A stretch of 61,357 nucleotides of DNA, filler included, from Globobulimina sp. (lineage: Eukaryota), in NCBI GenBank assembly GCA_003354225.1. It is 18 parts of 18 records of this genome, joined end to end, with 100 filler letters (N's around TTAATTAATTAA, not from the genome) between each part and the next. Parts side by side here need not be neighbours in the genome. Positions count along the whole stretch, not along the records: positions 58,047 to 61,357 come from PIVH01003125.1; 17 more parts are not named here. One strand, given 5' to 3'. This document shows, piece by piece, positions 58,047 to 61,357 of the stretch. The notes beneath the pieces were generated by a model. It ran no database searches and was not told where the DNA came from. It worked only from the letters and a program-made list of their open reading frames with translations. Numbering within the stretch: position 1 is the stretch's first letter; each line of letters starts with the position of its first letter. Position numbers and translations under genes: made by a program.

Positions 58047-59248
58047 AGACGGCAGGAAATACCTTCCCATTATCCCAGCACAACAATCCAATGCCATCAA
58101 TATATCCATTATCAAAATATCCATAAAACACAGAACCATTTAGCTCGTTTCGTAAACATCCACGTCCATGAAATGAAAACTTATCATTTAACAACATTTG
58201 TCCATAATATGTCTTTGTTGGTGAATATATTTTACCAATGTTTGAAGCATTTTTATAATATTTATACTCTCCATCAAATATATATTGTCCATTAATACAC
58301 AATAATGACGACGCAGACACAGACACAGAGGGTGATGGCGCAGCTGATGATTTATTTGAAGTACCATATATATTTTTTATCACATTCCATGATAAGAAGC
58401 CAAATAAGGCACCCGATAAATGTGCAGCATGATCAAGGAACCTCCATCGCAATAATAAGCCCAAACAGTCCAAGGCAACCAAGGCAACAACACCGTTATA
58501 GGCAGAAAAGGAGAACTGATCAGGCGAGAATACAATCTTAAATCTCGCATCTGGCTCATGCATCGCAAACGCAATGATTATCCCCAATAAACTGGCGGAT
58601 GCACCTAATGATGAATAATGCGGTATTTTAGACATAGTGTGCCAGGATACGCTAGCTATGGAACCTAATAATCCCGCTCCGACGTATATAAATCCAAAGG
58701 ATGGAATGCCAATTATTTTGATCATAATACAACCAAAATTATACAATACGTACATATTTAGTCCGACATGCCAGAAATCCATATGACTCCAGTTAGCTGT
58801 CATTAATACGTGATATCTGTGTTGAATTTTATAGAAATTTCTTTTTTTGTATATCAGTACATGTACAAATGGCAAACCTTTTTGCTTGAAGATTTTCTAA
58901 ATTACATAGGAAATGTTTCTGCATAAACTTAGGATTCACTTTCCAGAATAAATAAGCTGCCAAATTCATTCCTATCATTGTGTATAATAATGGTTCCCCA
59001 TTGTGCCATTTTAGAATATTCCCAAATTTTTGTTGAAAGGTTTTTTTGCATTCTATATTTCCAGCATGTGTTTCTAATCCAAATTGAGAAAATGAGTCTG
59101 ATAATAAAGTTGGTGCTGCTACGCCAAATAATAAGGTTGACCCAAATAAGACTTTACGTTTTGATATTGATGTCCTTAATCCTCTTACACATCTGATAAA
59201 GTTACCGCAACGATGGTGCGTACGAAGTAAAGCACTCGAAAGGTTCAT
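58047..59248 (-). CDS. PARL-like mitochondrial rhomboid protease with C-terminal MORN-like repeats (intron 58817-58877, 3' cut)
   Basis: Arg-rich presequence-like N-terminus. SHMDFWHVGLNM, SLGASA (Ser) and DHAAHLSG (His). The tail has YYGQM..FHGRG and FYGYFDNGYIDGIG. Confidence 0.85.
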
Positions 59249-59302
59249 GCCTGATTTATCTATTCATAACAGACAAAACTCCGCTGTGAACTTTACCTGA
59301 AC

Positions 59303-61153
59303 ATGGGCGCTTGTTGCACTTCAGAAGAGAATTCTGAGAGAGAGAAAGAGCTGGCAGAGGAGAAAAAAACAGAAGAGATTGAGAAAATAGATGTTATGGC
59401 CGTCTATACATTTGGAGTAACAATGGGTAGTGGAGCATCATGCAGTGTTGTTATGGCAACAAATAAAAACAATGCGGAAGAACAAGTGGCAATAAAAGTA
59501 ATGGATAAAGATAGAGCAATAACAAAAAAATTATATTATCGCGAAGTCAGTATATTAGAGAGATTAACCCCAAATATCTCAAAACCACATAAAGGGATAT
59601 TACCATTCATGGGTCATGGCGAAGATGAGGATTCCTATTATATCGTCACTCGACTCTTATTTGGTGGCGAATTATTTGAAAGAATCGTTTCCCAAAATGA
59701 CGAATATAAAATTACCGAGAAAATCGCTGCCAAATTGGTTTGTGACATGTTAGAATCTGTCAAATATTGCCATGATAATAATGTGGTGCATCGAGGTTTG
59801 CAATAACTATGACTCAAATGCCAATCTGTCAAAAAATGCCATTGCCCTCAAATATATAGATTTAAAACCTGAAAATTTTGTATTTGCAAATAAAAGAGTT
59901 GATTCTGATGTTGTTTTAATTGACTATGGATGCGCCAGAAACGTATCCGATGATGAAGTGGTTGATGATGTTGTCGGTATGCTCCATACGCAAATTCGCA
60001 AATAATTAATTGTCCGCACAATCGCAATATACAACACACACATAACACACAAGGAACTGCCTATTATTTAGCACCCGAATTAGCCACTGCTGCATTGGAA
60101 AATTATCGACGAAGAGGCGCCACCATAGCCGCCAAAGTACCCGCACCCGCACCACGCACCGGACGTATCTTGAAAGCAGGCGATGTATGGTCTATGGGCG
60201 TGATTGCTTACGTAATGATGACCGGCCGTGCCCCGTTTCGTGGTCGTAACAACATCGCCATCTTTGAGTCGTCGTGTATAAAACCATTAGTATTCCCCGA
60301 AAAGGATGCTCGCTATCACAATAAATTGAAATTAAGCGAACATTTTAAAGACTTTATCCGGAAATGTTTGGTGAAAGAGCCATCGGAAAGGATCAGTATC
60401 GAGGACGCGATTCGCCATCCATGGGTCCAAGGGGTGGAAGCCACCAATTACCGGTTGAACAAAGACGTGATTCATTACTTGCGACAGTTTAAATATCAGA
60501 GCAAGTTAAAGAAAGAGATAACGCGCGTGTTGGCCGCAAATATGACATCTGAGCCCAGCAAACAAGTCGAGAAACATTTTAAGCGGTTGGATGCCGATGG
60601 CGATGGCTTCTTAGACTTGCAAGAGTTGACCTTCTTGTTATTAGACATGGGTTACACCGGTCACTCTGCGCAACAGGAAGCCATCCAAATGATCAAACAT
60701 GCGGATAAGAATGGGGACGGCATGGTGGACTTTGAAGAGTTTAAGCAAGTGTGGTATAGGAAGGTATTGACCACTAATGATCAATATATTAATCGCGTGT
60801 TTGACGTGTTTGATGATAATGGCGATGGGGTTATTGATGCGGAAGAATTGGGACAAATATTATTTCCCGCACACTATGATGATGGCAAGGATGGATCGGG
60901 AGAGGAACCGTCCGATGAACCATTGAATAATCCAACCGATGAGGAGGATGTTGGTGGTGATGGCGACGACCCGTTTTTACAAACTATACAGAATATGATT
61001 CTTGAAGTGGATAAAAATGGTGATGGGAAAATTGATTTTGAGGAATTTAAAGAAGCCATGAAAGAAGATATTGAGTCTGGAAAATGGGGACTTGACAATG
61101 TCGATGGGACAGAAAATTTTGGTGGCTTGATTGGACCGAAAATTACTGTATAA
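59303..61153 (+). CDS. Calcium-dependent protein kinase (introns 59796-59859, 59977-60053)
   Basis: MGACC acylation motif, GSGASC, VAIK, GGELFERI, spliced HRDLKPEN, DYG, GTAYYLAPE, DVWSMG and four canonical EF-hands. Confidence 0.93.
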
Positions 61154-61357
61154 TGTAGTTACTATTTCTCTCTTTCTTGGCGCGGCTTGTGTTCTCTGGA
61201 TTTTTTGCTGTTTGTTTTGTGGTTGTTGCATTGTCCCATACCCTCACCCTTCTTAATAAACAAAGTCAAACTCTTGTAATTAAATGTTGCTAATATAGAT
61301 TCATTGCGTTAATGTATATTTTGTGATCAGATTTATTATGAACTACACTGTAACCCT

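Noticed and set aside
1..61357. Alternative genetic code or stop readthrough to explain split ORFs
   Set aside because: Splits in conserved genes resolve with in-frame GT-AG introns, and TAA, TAG and TGA all act as true stops.

Overview
This window is not one locus. It is 18 unrelated contigs of 3311-3317 bp, sorted by length and joined by artificial 100-nt linkers (N44-TTAATTAATTAA-N44) starting at 3318, 6735, 10151, 13567, 16983, 20399, 23814, 27229, 30644, 34059, 37473, 40887, 44300, 47712, 51124, 54536 and 57947. Neighbourhood across a linker means nothing. The DNA is AT-rich, eukaryotic and gene-dense, uses the standard code and has mostly short (50-110 nt) GT-AG introns. Gene content (CDPKs, POP-type polymerase, FAM161, ART-like proteins) fits a protist; a rhizarian such as a foraminiferan is an unverified inference. 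Recognisable genes include EXD2, an ATG27/M6PR-like receptor, FAM161, a Rad5/HLTF helicase, anoctamin, a PARL-like rhomboid, two CDPKs, a RING-TRAF protein, an FN3 protein and a triple zinc-knuckle protein. Mobile DNA includes a DIRS/Ngaro-like retroelement, a copia gag relic, an RNase H relic and a MITE. The most notable items are: (1) a tandem cluster of AIG1-type GTPases, two with a signal-like N-terminus plus a KDEL-like tail; (2) a Stealth-sulfotransferase fusion; (3) a head-to-head CK1-like kinase/pseudokinase pair bounded by TGATCATAT palindromic repeats that form TAATG-coupled mini-ORFs; (4) a terminally redundant contig carrying half a CDPK-PH gene; (5) a CAGTG-ended MITE with a 5-bp TSD; (6) hairpin introns and frequent AAG acceptors. 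All family calls come from motif recognition by eye; no searches were run.
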